From contig CM106585.1 in NCBI GenBank assembly GCA_048013815.1, forward strand, positions 10,230,001 to 10,294,000: a stretch of DNA of 64,000 nt. Reading direction: 5' to 3'. The first letter of the stretch is position 1. Each line of letters starts with the position of its first letter. This document shows positions 45,812-57,700 of the stretch, in pieces. A program made the position numbers and the translations under genes. This stretch comes from Setoptus koraiensis (taxonomy: Eukaryota > Animalia > Arthropoda). The notes below the pieces were generated by a model. It ran no database searches, was not told the origin of the DNA, and saw nothing but the letters and a program-made list of their open reading frames with translations.

Positions 45812-48800
45812 AACTCACTTCTCTTACTAATACTATCGACACTTGACCTAAATCTGATTTGAGAAGAAGAAAGAATGATGAGACTATTAAGAGTCTATAA
45901 TCTATGATAATATTGGTAACTGCATTCAATGCCCCATAGAGAAAGAGTGAGAGAAAGAGTGTTCAGGGAAAACATGTGATCCATATTATCATTACCATAT
46001 ATCATCATTAGCACCACCACCACCGCAGCCACCATCTTTATCACGGAACGCTCGTCTCTCACCTGTCCGGTGTGTCTAATCTTATTATCGTAGAATTCGC
46101 GTCCATTTTATATCATATAATATCATCGAATGAGTGTAATGTTCCTTGACTAGACTTATCTTGGTCACAAAATAAGTGTTCCTTTCATTTGCGTACCAGG
46201 TCACGATCTTGTTTCATTGAGCTATCGTTGGTAGTTGCCTTTTAGAATTAAAATTTATCAATTCATAGACACACACCGGAAACACCCTCAGCGTACTACA
46301 ATACTTTTAATTCATCCACAAATCGTCATTATAATCATATCTATTATTACTATTGAAATATTGATGTAAGCAACGAAACAGAATAATTACTAAACCAAAT
46401 AATTATTTTGATGTTTTTATTGTGATAATAAATAGTTTGCTTATAGTTAAATAATGTAAGTTCGTAGCGTCGATGATGTTGGCAATTACGTTCAAGTCAT
46501 ATTGATCCAGTTCACCTGTCCACTTGAAAGGTCATTCCATTCGCTACGACCAAACAACTGTGAACGTTTTCCACTCCGGGGTTTATTGTTTTCGCAATGT
46601 AATGACGACGATATTTACAATACAAAGAATGGTAATAATTGGTGCGATGTGGCGTTCAAATCGCATATATGAGTTCACTAATCTCTACATTCGCATGATT
46701 ATTGAATTATGAGTGAAAGAGTGAAATAGAGAGATACAGAGAGACTTGACCAACCACAGATAGAGTTTAATTCAATATTCAATTACTACCTCTCTGGTGT
46801 CACTCACACACATCGATTAAAACAGACTTAAGCCGCAACAAAAATATTATCATTATTACATGACTGAAATTATCCATTTCTCAATGTTACTTATGAACTA
46901 TTTTTAGTGTTTAGTCTCCATGATAGGTGTGCAATACTACTCTTATGTTGCCTAAGAATACTTATACTTATGAATACTTAGATACTTTTGAGGAGGCAAC
47001 TCTCGGAATAACTCTGCAGATACTATTTATATATTCTCGTTTTATTCATCCCGAAATGCACCGAGCTAGAGAGATGTTTATTTTTCCAGTCTTGCAGCAC
47101 TATCAACACCATATAGTAGTAGTGGTCTGCTTCTCTCTTGCAGCAACAACATGATAAATTTAGTGGCAGGTAGGTAGGGCAAAAACGAGAGTGAGCAGTT
47201 GATGCTCTTATCTTGATAATCACGACGAATGAATGGGCATGAAAAGAAAAGAATAATCACGATAAATTTCTACAAAGCTACCCTAGCTTGACTTTCACTA
47301 GGTGTAATATGCTCAATATTTATTGGCTTACGTAATGAGTGTGTGTGTGAGATAGCGAGAGATAGGGAGAGCGAGATGGAGGGATACAGGTGAGTTGCAG
47401 CAGCAAAGAACTGGCTTCACCCGAGGTATATGTCTCGCGGTTCATGTCTAGCGGTGTTGTATTATGCTAAGTAATACATCAAGTTGCTGCTTAGCCTTAA
47501 ATATCTGACTATGAAATATTAAGCTATTGAGCTCGGTTCAGTTTGATATCGTGAATTGAAAGAGAGTGATCACTCTCTCAATAAACATTTCGCTGCACTA
47601 TCTATAGATCAGTTGCGTTCACGTTTTTCATTGCTACCCAGAGATGGACGCTTAGATGGTCAGATTTGGCAGCTTCGTTTACTAGAAATTGTTGAGTTGT
47701 GGCGGCGGCACTAGATCAGATTGGGATCTAATAGGCACTATTGCAGCAACAACAACAACAGCAGCAGCAACAAGTTCATTTTGGTCGACCAAACTAAATT
47801 GGCAAGTTGACAATGAGTTCAAATTGTGATGAATATTGAATAGCTGGCCAATGGTTAATGGTGCAAATGACTGAATTAGATATAAAAGCGGTGTTAGTCT
47901 CTCTCTCCCTCTATCTCTCTCTATCTATGGTCAATCCCTTCTTTCAGTCAAGTCAGTTTGGCTAGTTCTATGAGCAAGCCTATTTGGCTCTCCCACGGCC
48001 CAATTATCTCGGCGGCGGCAAGTCGTGATAATTGGACATCGTATAGTGATAATGGTCAAAGTGACTCGCTTGACGCCATCTTTCGACCACCCCACTACGA
48101 TTAAACGATCACGGAGTGAAAGATGGACATAGTTGGAAAAATGGTCGATGAAACAGGAAGAATGACGACCGATCGATTCTGCATTTCGGTTATCGGCTCA
48201 AACAGATATTAGCACTATCACCAGTAGTATCATTCGTTCGGTCCGGTTCTGCTTCTTTTATTTTCTTTCCTTTCGTTTTTTAATATGTTTTCGGCAGGGC
48301 AACCTATCATGAGCGAGACGGCGATGGCGACGGCAACGACGACGACTTGAGATACATAGTAGTGCGTGCCTAAGAAAAATAACGACAACATGTTTCGTAA
48401 GTAAATTGCGAGTAAACGTATCAGCGCCACTCACCAAGCGGCCATTCAACAGGTGAACAGGCCCTTTATTTTGCAAGTATCAAAGGCAAACTGCTAGGCT
48501 TGTCCATCGCTTCTTTTTATCTTTTGAATTATTATCATTGATATGATGTTAACAACTATCAGGAAAGGGATATGTAGAAAGAGCGTGCAACTAATTGTAT
48601 GACTGTCGTTGTTCTTGTTGCTGTTAAATCATCTAATGTGATCGGTGACGCTAACAGCAGTGACGCTAACAACAAAGAGGCCAAATACTATTTGGGTCGT
48701 CAGCAGTTAAACAATCATATCTGTCGTTCTGCTGATTCGTTTACCATACAAACAGGACGAGCAGTAGATGTAAACACACTTGCACTTTGCTAATCTATCA

Positions 48801-49319
48801 ATGATAACCGGCTTGCCGATAAGTTAGAGTGAGTGAAGAAACGAAACGTAACGTAACGCAGCGCTTTGATGATAAACGTAAATGACAGCGAAAACTTCAA
48901 CAATAACAAGTGAGAGAGGAAGTGAGCGACAATGGATTAGATTACGTCACCGATTTGTCTAATGCATTTAGTTAAGTGACCGGCTATTTGGCTGTTGGTC
49001 AAGCGTTTGCCAGCAAGCATTTGCTACGATTTGTATACACATTATTGTTGATAGGTTACGAGCGAGTGGTCAAATGAATCATAGAGAAGAAAGGAAAAAG
49101 ATTTCTATTCTAAATGCACAAGTGGACAAATGATCAAAGCAAAGAGAAGATGATTCAGGAAGTGACTCTCCTGTGGTGAACGTCTGGGTCGTGTCGCTTG
49201 TTCTAATGGACACTGATTAGATCAATATCGCGTTAATTATTACAGTGAATTGGATATAAATAATGATTAAATGCACTCAATTTTAACAAGCGTTAATCAT
49301 TCTTGACACACAAACACAA

Positions 49320-50967
49320 TGTGTGTGTCTGAGCGAGAGAGAGAGAGAGATCTTACTGAACCTATTGTGCTGTATTGCAAGCGAAGGAGCATTTTAAAGT
49401 TTTGTGTGTTACTTCTCTCAAATGGGCTGACACGACGAGAGCCACCTTGTTGTTTGTTGTGTCATGTTTTGCTGATCTCTCTCTCTCTCTCTCTCTATCT
49501 ATGTGTACCATGCAGTCTCATCCACGACGTTTAACATTACATAACATTGCGAAGCGATCCCGTTTTTAATCATCCCATAACATTGAATGCAGCGAGCGCA
49601 TGGGTTTTATTGTCAAGATCATTTGTGGTTTTTACCTGTGCCATGGATGATACTGTTACATAAGATTTACAATATCCAGCGAGTGTGCTCATAATCACGC
49701 TGATGCACCGCCAATAAGTCGTCGTTTGTTTATGTGCCACAACTGAGCAAGCACCGTTATGATACACCCAAATGATGTTGTTGTTGTTGTTATCATGTTC
49801 TCTTACAAACATTGTCTGAAACAATCGAGTTAAGTGAACTTCGACCGTGCTAAGGCAACGCATTGTACAGGGCAGCAACAATATAGTGCACACAACTAGA
49901 GTAAAAAATGAAATCAAAACAAAATTTCTTGCTGATCGACACCGTTATCTGGCTGTTTGATAAACTCGCTGGCTGTCTCTGTTTGTCTCAATATATATAT
50001 ATCTATATGGCCACCCATAATTGTTGTAGTCACGCTTGCAGTTATGATTATGGTTTTCTGTATGGCATACATCTAATACAATAATGTAATAATAATAATA
50101 AGAATAGTCAGCACAGTTCATTCGTGAGCCAAACCTAGCAGATCCATACCTATGGTGACGATCAGCTATTTCCATTGTTTCATTTTGGCCACCAAGAAAG
50201 GCCATCGCTCAATCTGTTTTGGCGAACAAGCGAGAGAGAGAGCGAGCGAGAGCGAGAGTGAGAGTGAGCGAGATCAATTAGACATGAGAGAATATGAGAG
50301 GGACAAAGGCATATAATTGGATCAATCGGCGTCATCTCGAGCTCACTTGCTGACTGACTGACAAATGACCGAGCAACACACAAATATCTTACACATCATG
50401 GGCACAATGTGTGCAAGCGTGACTAGCCAGAGATAGTCCGCTAATGATCCTTTTGCTCGTTCGGCAGTCAATCGGCTGGAAAATTCTCTTAACCGCTTCT
50501 CCTCTTTCGCCTTCCTACGACACAGTCGTTCCCTGGTGTGATGGCCAACAGCAACAACAAGCTTGCTTGCAACAAGGCCAGCTCACTGTAGCTGGCTAAG
50601 TCGAGCAGACAAGCTGGAATCAGTTGGCTGGCTCAAATGGAGCCGAGCCAGCCATGCCGCCTATCACATATTGATGATGTCAATTGAATTGCGAGCTGGG
50701 ATGATCAAGATTATTGAGGCGGTTCATTGGGCACATGTGCTCGCTTTGGCTGCCAACAGGCTGGCCGGTGGATGGAAAAAGAATAGAATCAGTGTATCGT
50801 CATCGATTAAATCTCGACAGATATCAGGCAGCAACACTTGTTGCGCCGCATTCGCTAACACTATGTGTGGTATCGCATGCGACTCGGCTTGCCAGCGAGT
50901 GCCAGTGAGAAGGAGACGACGACGACGACGAACTTCGATTGATGTTTGTTGAATAGAATGGGAGAGC

Positions 50968-51003
<36 letters not shown>

Positions 51004-54000
51004 ACACAAATTAATACACCTGTTTCGTACACAGGCGAATGTTGCCCGGCCAAGGGTCATTCGCTTGCGTGCGATTACACTCCTACCGTTCGGCTACCTG
51101 GCATTCATTCATCATTGTCCGTTGTGTGGCACTCACCGTCGTCGTCGTCGTCATCATCATGTTCAAGGGTTCGACCAGCGACCGGCCACCACTTTTACGG
51201 AGAAAGTGGTCTCTTCGTGTGTGTGTGAGAGAGCGAGCGAGAGCGACGCAATCAATATCCATTGGAACGGTCCGGAGCGAGTGTTGCTCGAGCGGTCTGT
51301 CCAACAGCGACTAGCCAGCTCACCGCAAGATGCCAAAATGCCCAACACAAAGATGATTCTGTTAGTGTGGGCGCCAATCGCCGCCAGAGATGGTCAAGTA
51401 TTGCCTGACCGCCTGGCCGGCTGCCTTCTTCGATTCGGACACTGAGCATTCTTCAAGTGTTTGCAGAGTCTTGCCAAGAAGGTTAAATGGTGCAATGGAG
51501 AGCCGCTACGTCGGCGGCGGCGACGGCGGCAATTTATAATATGTATATAATGGGCCCGACCAAAGAGTAAATTATCTAGTTCTTGGCTCATTCATCCAGT
51601 CTCATGTGTGTATATAAGAGAGTGTTTGTATACATAAATATATGGCTAACGCCGATGGAAACTGTGTTCACTATTGTTATGTCTCAATGCTGTAGGCAGA
51701 CAGATTAAGATGAACACAAACGGAGGATCGAGTGTGTGTGTGTGTGTGTGTGTTGGAATCGTCATTATGAAGAAAATTCTCTCTCCCTCTCTCTTCATGT
51801 CTGTAAACCTTTCTCGTTTCTTTCGCATTTGAATGGGTTTCGCGGTGGCGAGCCAGCTAACGAAAAGTTTAGACAGTGTCTGGTTGTTTCTTGGCTCGTA
51901 GACCAATGCGCGCACAACAGGTGCAAAAATACACAATCAATCATCGTCGCTTGTTGAGTAGCGGTACAGTCAGCACACACACACACACACACACAACGGC
52001 TAACTGCAAACCGCACTGCATTCCAGTCGATCTGGCGAGAGAATTGAAATTATACCGATGATTGAATAACTTCCAGCCGGCCGGGCCTAACCTTAACTGG
52101 AAACTCACGTTGGGTGGATTTAATATTATTAGATGTTACTGTCGGTGTGCGTGCGTGTGTGTGTGTGCCCATGTTGCGAAATAAACAATTGTTATGGCAA
52201 AAGATACAGCAATGCAAGCATGATACAATCTCAATTGCGACAACAATAACAACGATATTGAATGAACAAAAACAAAACAAAAGGAAGCCACAAGTGTGCA
52301 ATGATCGCCCTAGTGAACTCGTTGATTAAATTAGCACAACAAAACAGCAAAGTGAACACCACAAACAAACGAATAAACGCCACCATATTTACATAAGTTG
52401 CATGATGCTGTCATAAGCCAGTGCCCAACGTAAGTAACATCGAGACAACGCAAGCTCGTTTCGCAGTGCCGCCACTAATGATTCATTAGCAGTGAATGAT
52501 GACGCGCGAATCACCGATCAAGAGGGCGAAGAATACATTGTTGTGGATACATTGTTGTCGCGTTATGTGTGTGTGTGTGTGTGTGTGTTATGTAACCAAC
52601 GATGAATTAAATTCCAAGCTGCATCAGATGCGGGCTGCTCGCCTTCATTCGAACGCTGTCTCAGTTCACAATGCATCACAACTTTAGCTGCCAACATGTT
52701 AACATCGGCCATGAACGCCATTTAGTGTCTCGGTTGAAGTTCGAGATGGGAGCCTAGTATCAGTGCACTCTACATTAATAGATTTGTTTCACCATCAATC
52801 AGTGGACATCAGTTGCATATGCACACGCAGCGAGTTTGAAATTTATCTTGATGGCCGTCAGGGTCTATTTTTAAGATTCAATTGATGCTAGTCACTGATC
52901 AACCTTCATCCTTGATGGTCAGTTTGCGCAGTGTTTTCGCATACAATTCAATGATGTGACGCCTGCCGATAATGGAGCCAAATAAATTGCAAGGATCCAT
53001 GAATCGAAATTCAGGATGAACTCGGCAGCAATCATTGTATGTGTTATATGCTGTACTGGGAGAAAAATGTTGCTGGCCTTGATCTTATTTTGGTCCATTC
53101 GCCATTGTCTTGTCTTTTGTAACAAGCGAGAGTGGCCACTAAATTACGTAAGCCAGACTATTTAAAGTGAGATTGTATTGGTACCAGACATAATACAATG
53201 ATGGCAATGTAGATCATTAGTGATAGTTCTATTGTTTCTTGCTGTCGTGCATGACAAATACTTTGCCATTGCCAAGCAAATTATTATTAATCAGCATTTC
53301 TAGCAAAACAAAATCTCTTGACAGTGTGACCGTGATTGTGTGTATGCTAATAAAATGTAGCTGTTGCATTCTGAATGCCATTGCTGTGATTAGCGAAGTG
53401 TCTCAATTAAAAATGATTGTTATGAGATAAGAATGCGACAGATAATTATAGATGGCCTATGATTAGCAGCGGCAGCAGCAATTGTAATATGTCGATACAT
53501 ATGTTGCCATAACAGCAAAATAACAACAACAAATGGACATGATTAACTTTCAGCGAGGGGTCAGCGTCAATCTCGCCACCATTGTATGTCTTGACCTACT
53601 CTTACTTATATTTATTCACGATAAGTAGGATAGGGGGCGCTGATATTAATGAGTCGGTGTGTCCGTTGTGAAACAGGTCGGCCCGCGCGATACAGAGAAG
53701 TTCCATTGACGTTGCTCTGGGGTGTCCAGACCTAACCATCAAGGCACAAAGGCATCTGTGCAGCACATAAGTACAGAGCACGAATTGTGAGCGTTGTGTG
53801 TGCTCAAAAAGTTATATTAAGCGGGAAACCCAACTTGTAGCCCAGACGAGTTTGCAATTCGCACTTTGTAAGGCAAGATAACTGTGTGCACTTATGCACA
53901 CACTGTGCCTGGCTAGCTTGCACAGTGCATGCCGAGAGAATGCATTGCGTAAGGCAGCGTAGCATCATCTGCAGAAACTTGGTCGCTTGCGCTGGACACC

Positions 54001-54420
54001 CCATAGTACACCCTCTGCAGCCGTATTGCGCGCGCTTATTTCGGCCAGCTTCGCTTGCCCAGTGCACAGTCAACCTGGCTGGACACACACTCCACAGTGC
54101 ACTGTGCACAACAAGACACATTTGTGTACTGTGTTGTGTGTAGTTCGGCCATATGAGCAAGGGGGTAGCGCATTGGAGGCAGAGCTGGAGAGAAAAAAGT
54201 TCGATTTAGGCACAGAAATAGACACTTTCATTTTTGCCGACTTCTCACACAGTTGCCCGACTCGCGCGCTAAATGTGTGCGCAAGTGTGTGTGTTCAAGC
54301 ATTATCACTGTGTGAGTGTGTGTGTCGAACTTTTTTACTGCCTCATTCGTCAATCGAATTTGAGTTGTTGGTGCGAATCACAAGACACACACACACACGC
54401 ACACACACACACACACACAA
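49320..54420. repeat. Microsatellite-rich non-coding tract
   Basis: Multiple (AG)n/(CT)n and (CA)n/(TG)n runs, e.g. (AG)15 at 50971-51000, TG runs near 51733 and 52567, CA runs near 51975 and 54385. Confidence 0.85.
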
Positions 54421-54744
54421 ACTCACATGCTCACATAGGAGGTAAAAAGTTCGATTTTTGTCCATTTGTCGAACGTTTCTCGACCTATATTAATGTTCAC
54501 ACTAATTTAGTGGCGGTAACGAGAATTGCAAAATTATTCGAAAATTTTATAATCTAACAAATAACAACAGAAATATCAATCAATCTCTTATAATTCAATA
54601 TCAACAGTAGGTAAATAATCTGCGCCGATAATTGAACAATCCGACACTTTATTCGATGATCAACAAGCGAGCCTCAAACGAAAAGATGAGAGGGCAGTAA
54701 CTCGATCAGACAGGTTGACCAGAAAATACCAAGAAGCAGACAAA

Positions 54745-57700
54745 ATGAGGCAGCCGCACAATTGTGGGTCGCAAGCAAGCGAAATATCAGCAAAGATGAA
54801 CGGTGTGCATCACAGTCCAGCAAACAATAGCAGAAAACCAATCAAGTATCCACATATTAGCTCAGTAATGAATAGACTGCATCAACGAAGGGAGAATTTT
54901 AGAATTTTCCACAACATTTGTTCTGCCGACCGATACGAAAACTCTCATAGCGCTACAACTACTGAATCGTCGATGCCAAATACAACAAATGTTTGTCCTA
55001 CAACCACAAATCAACTCATTAGATTCTATGCAAATGAATCATCATTCAGTAATCAATTAACGTCATCAGTGATAGCTTCTAGAAACAGAAAAAATCATTC
55101 AGCATCAATCATGCACAATATACCAGTTAAGCATCCTTTGGTGATTAGTTTATTTCTTATAATATTGGCTATAAACAACAGTTATATTCTTCTCTCATAT
55201 GCGAAGAACAATAATAATCAGCCAGATACAAAATTGAACATTAACAATAATAATGCCAATAAGAACGCTATCAACAACAACAATGCAAGACAGAAAAATG
55301 ACGATTACTACATTAGTCCTCTTTTACAAGCCGATGAAGATCTCATTGAAAAAATTAATAATAAGCTTCGATTAGACACAGCCATGCCAGCTGCAAGCCA
55401 ACAGCTAAAGTCTTCTTCAAACTTGTCAGATCGCCAAAATAATCAACCAGAATCAGATGTTGATAGCCAACAAAAACAAGAATATGAAGCATTAAAGGCT
55501 GAAATTGATGCATTAGAGGATCAATTAGCATTGGCTAGCCAAAATCAAATACGTCTAACTTATGATAAACCCTTGGGCTCTGTGAGTCAGCAGCAACAAC
55601 AGCAACGAAACCAATTGATATCCAACAATAATTATAATCAGGATACACAGCATTATCAGCAAGACGCTAGCTATGCGCCAAAAGAGCAAATTTCACGATC
55701 ATCATCTAATGTGCACGATAGCAGCAATGAAACGAACGCGGCCCCAAAAACTTCACCTGAGCGAAGTAAACAAGACAAGCCTATGAGTTTATCCTCATCG
55801 TCTCAGCAAAGCAATAACAATTCTGATAATTCTCCAACAAGCTTGTTTATTGGTCAACTGGAATCATCGCCCACTGTTCACGATTCTTTAGTGTCCGACA
55901 TGGAAGATGACTACTATCCAATGTCGCAGGGGTCAACAAACGAAGATGATATAGCATCTTCACTTTCCAGAGTTCCAAATTCTAACAAAGCATCAGACGC
56001 TTCAAAGGTATCGAGCGCTAGTTTACCGAACGATAAAAAAGCTATCAATGGTGCCATAGATAAGTCTAGTGATAGTAAAATCAACAACGATCTGGAAGTG
56101 TCAGCGCAAACTCAAATCTTGAATTCCAACTCTAGAAGAGGATTCGATTTTGGTCCGCAATCGCATCAGTCAAACAATCCTACTTTGATAGCAAGCAACC
56201 AATTTCCAACCAATCCAACTGTGACCAGACAGCAAGCAAATCAGTTCAACCAGCAAGATCCATCAACATCAACTTTATTATCAGTGGAAAATGTTTGGAG
56301 GCCTCAAAATGACCAGGAATTGAATCAGCAATATAATCGAGCGAGAAATTTACAGATAACATCTGCATCAAGATTTGATACGAATGATGGTGACCAAACC
56401 AGTCAACCAAGTGCTTTAGAGCATAGACCTCAACCTCATCATGTTCATTTCACCGGGCATTCCTTCCTTCCAACACCACCACCCCTTCAGCCAACAAACA
56501 ACCGAGAATTTAAATTCCAGCAACCAGGCGCAGCAGCTTCTGGGCCGCTTATTTCAGTTTTGAGCGGTGGTGATAATGGAGGTGGTCATCATAGTGTGAC
56601 TTGGAATCCACCACCGACGATAAATCCACCGACACTAGGACTACAACCAGGGCAACCGCAAATAAGTGGTAATCAATTTCCTTTACCAGTTCCACAATTC
56701 GGACCATTAAGCCCTTTGCCGATTCAACCCTTGTCCAACAATGGCAGAGCTCCAACAAGATTCGAGAGCAGCCCGCAACAGGGTCAGCCTAGATTTGAAA
56801 ATCAGCAGAATCAACTGAGATTTGAGAATCAGCCGAGGTTCCCCGAAAACAGTGCTTCAAATAGACAACGTTTCGAGGATCATTCTCAAGGACCACCGTC
56901 TCGATTTGAATCTTCTATGACCGAAGCGGCACCGAGATTAAATGAGCAAGATGTCTCCACAATCTCATCTAAATTTGATAATCAACTCAGCCTTTCCACT
57001 GGACAACCAATCTCTTCATCTACAGGACTCCAATCGCCGTTATTTGATGGAGCCTTCCAAAATTCCAGAAATTTCACATTCAATGACCAGAACAATTTTA
57101 ACACTCAGCCAAGTGTTGATGACATTCCAACGGAAGGTATCAGTGTTCGACCGCAACCACCACCTGTTGCTAATTTCGACAACAGAAATCAATCATTTAG
57201 ACCTAGTCAATGGGCTTCTCAAGGTCCTTCCACATCACCTAGAACAGAAATCAACGAAAAAGCTGCTTTCGATAGTCAGCCCAAACCCATTCTCAAAGCT
57301 CCTCAAACCCAACTGGCTACGAACCAAGCGCTGAACAAACCACCCCCAAAGCAACAAGTCAATGCACCTTTTACAACTTCAACTCGCTCTAGTTTGGACG
57401 TAACGAGTCCACCTGGAAATGTGGGAAATACCACAAAGAAGGAGGACGTTGTTATCTACTATTATTATTACTACGATGATAACAAAAATGGAACTGTTGT
57501 CGCCGTGAACGGAACTGCAGCAAATGGTAACCATTCGTCAACTAGCGAGACAGTGATGGAAGACGGGTTAGAGGACACACCTTATATGGACGACCCCATG
57601 ACAATTCCATCAACGAGTCAAGCACCTGGCTCGACTGACAAGTCACCAAAAGTAACATCTTCTACTGATCCTACAAGCAGTTTCTCGACTCGCAATCCTA

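Noticed and set aside
53688-53700. CGATACAGAGAAG, identical to the U6 snRNA ACAGAGA-box region
   Set aside because: Only 13 nt match; flanks do not resemble the rest of U6 (no 5' stem-loop, no ATTAGCATGG). Treated as chance.
46000-54600. Many 60-150 aa ORFs in the track (e.g. 50563, 51065, 53987)
   Set aside because: They translate microsatellites (SLSL, CVCV, HTHT), overlap on both strands and show no domain signal.
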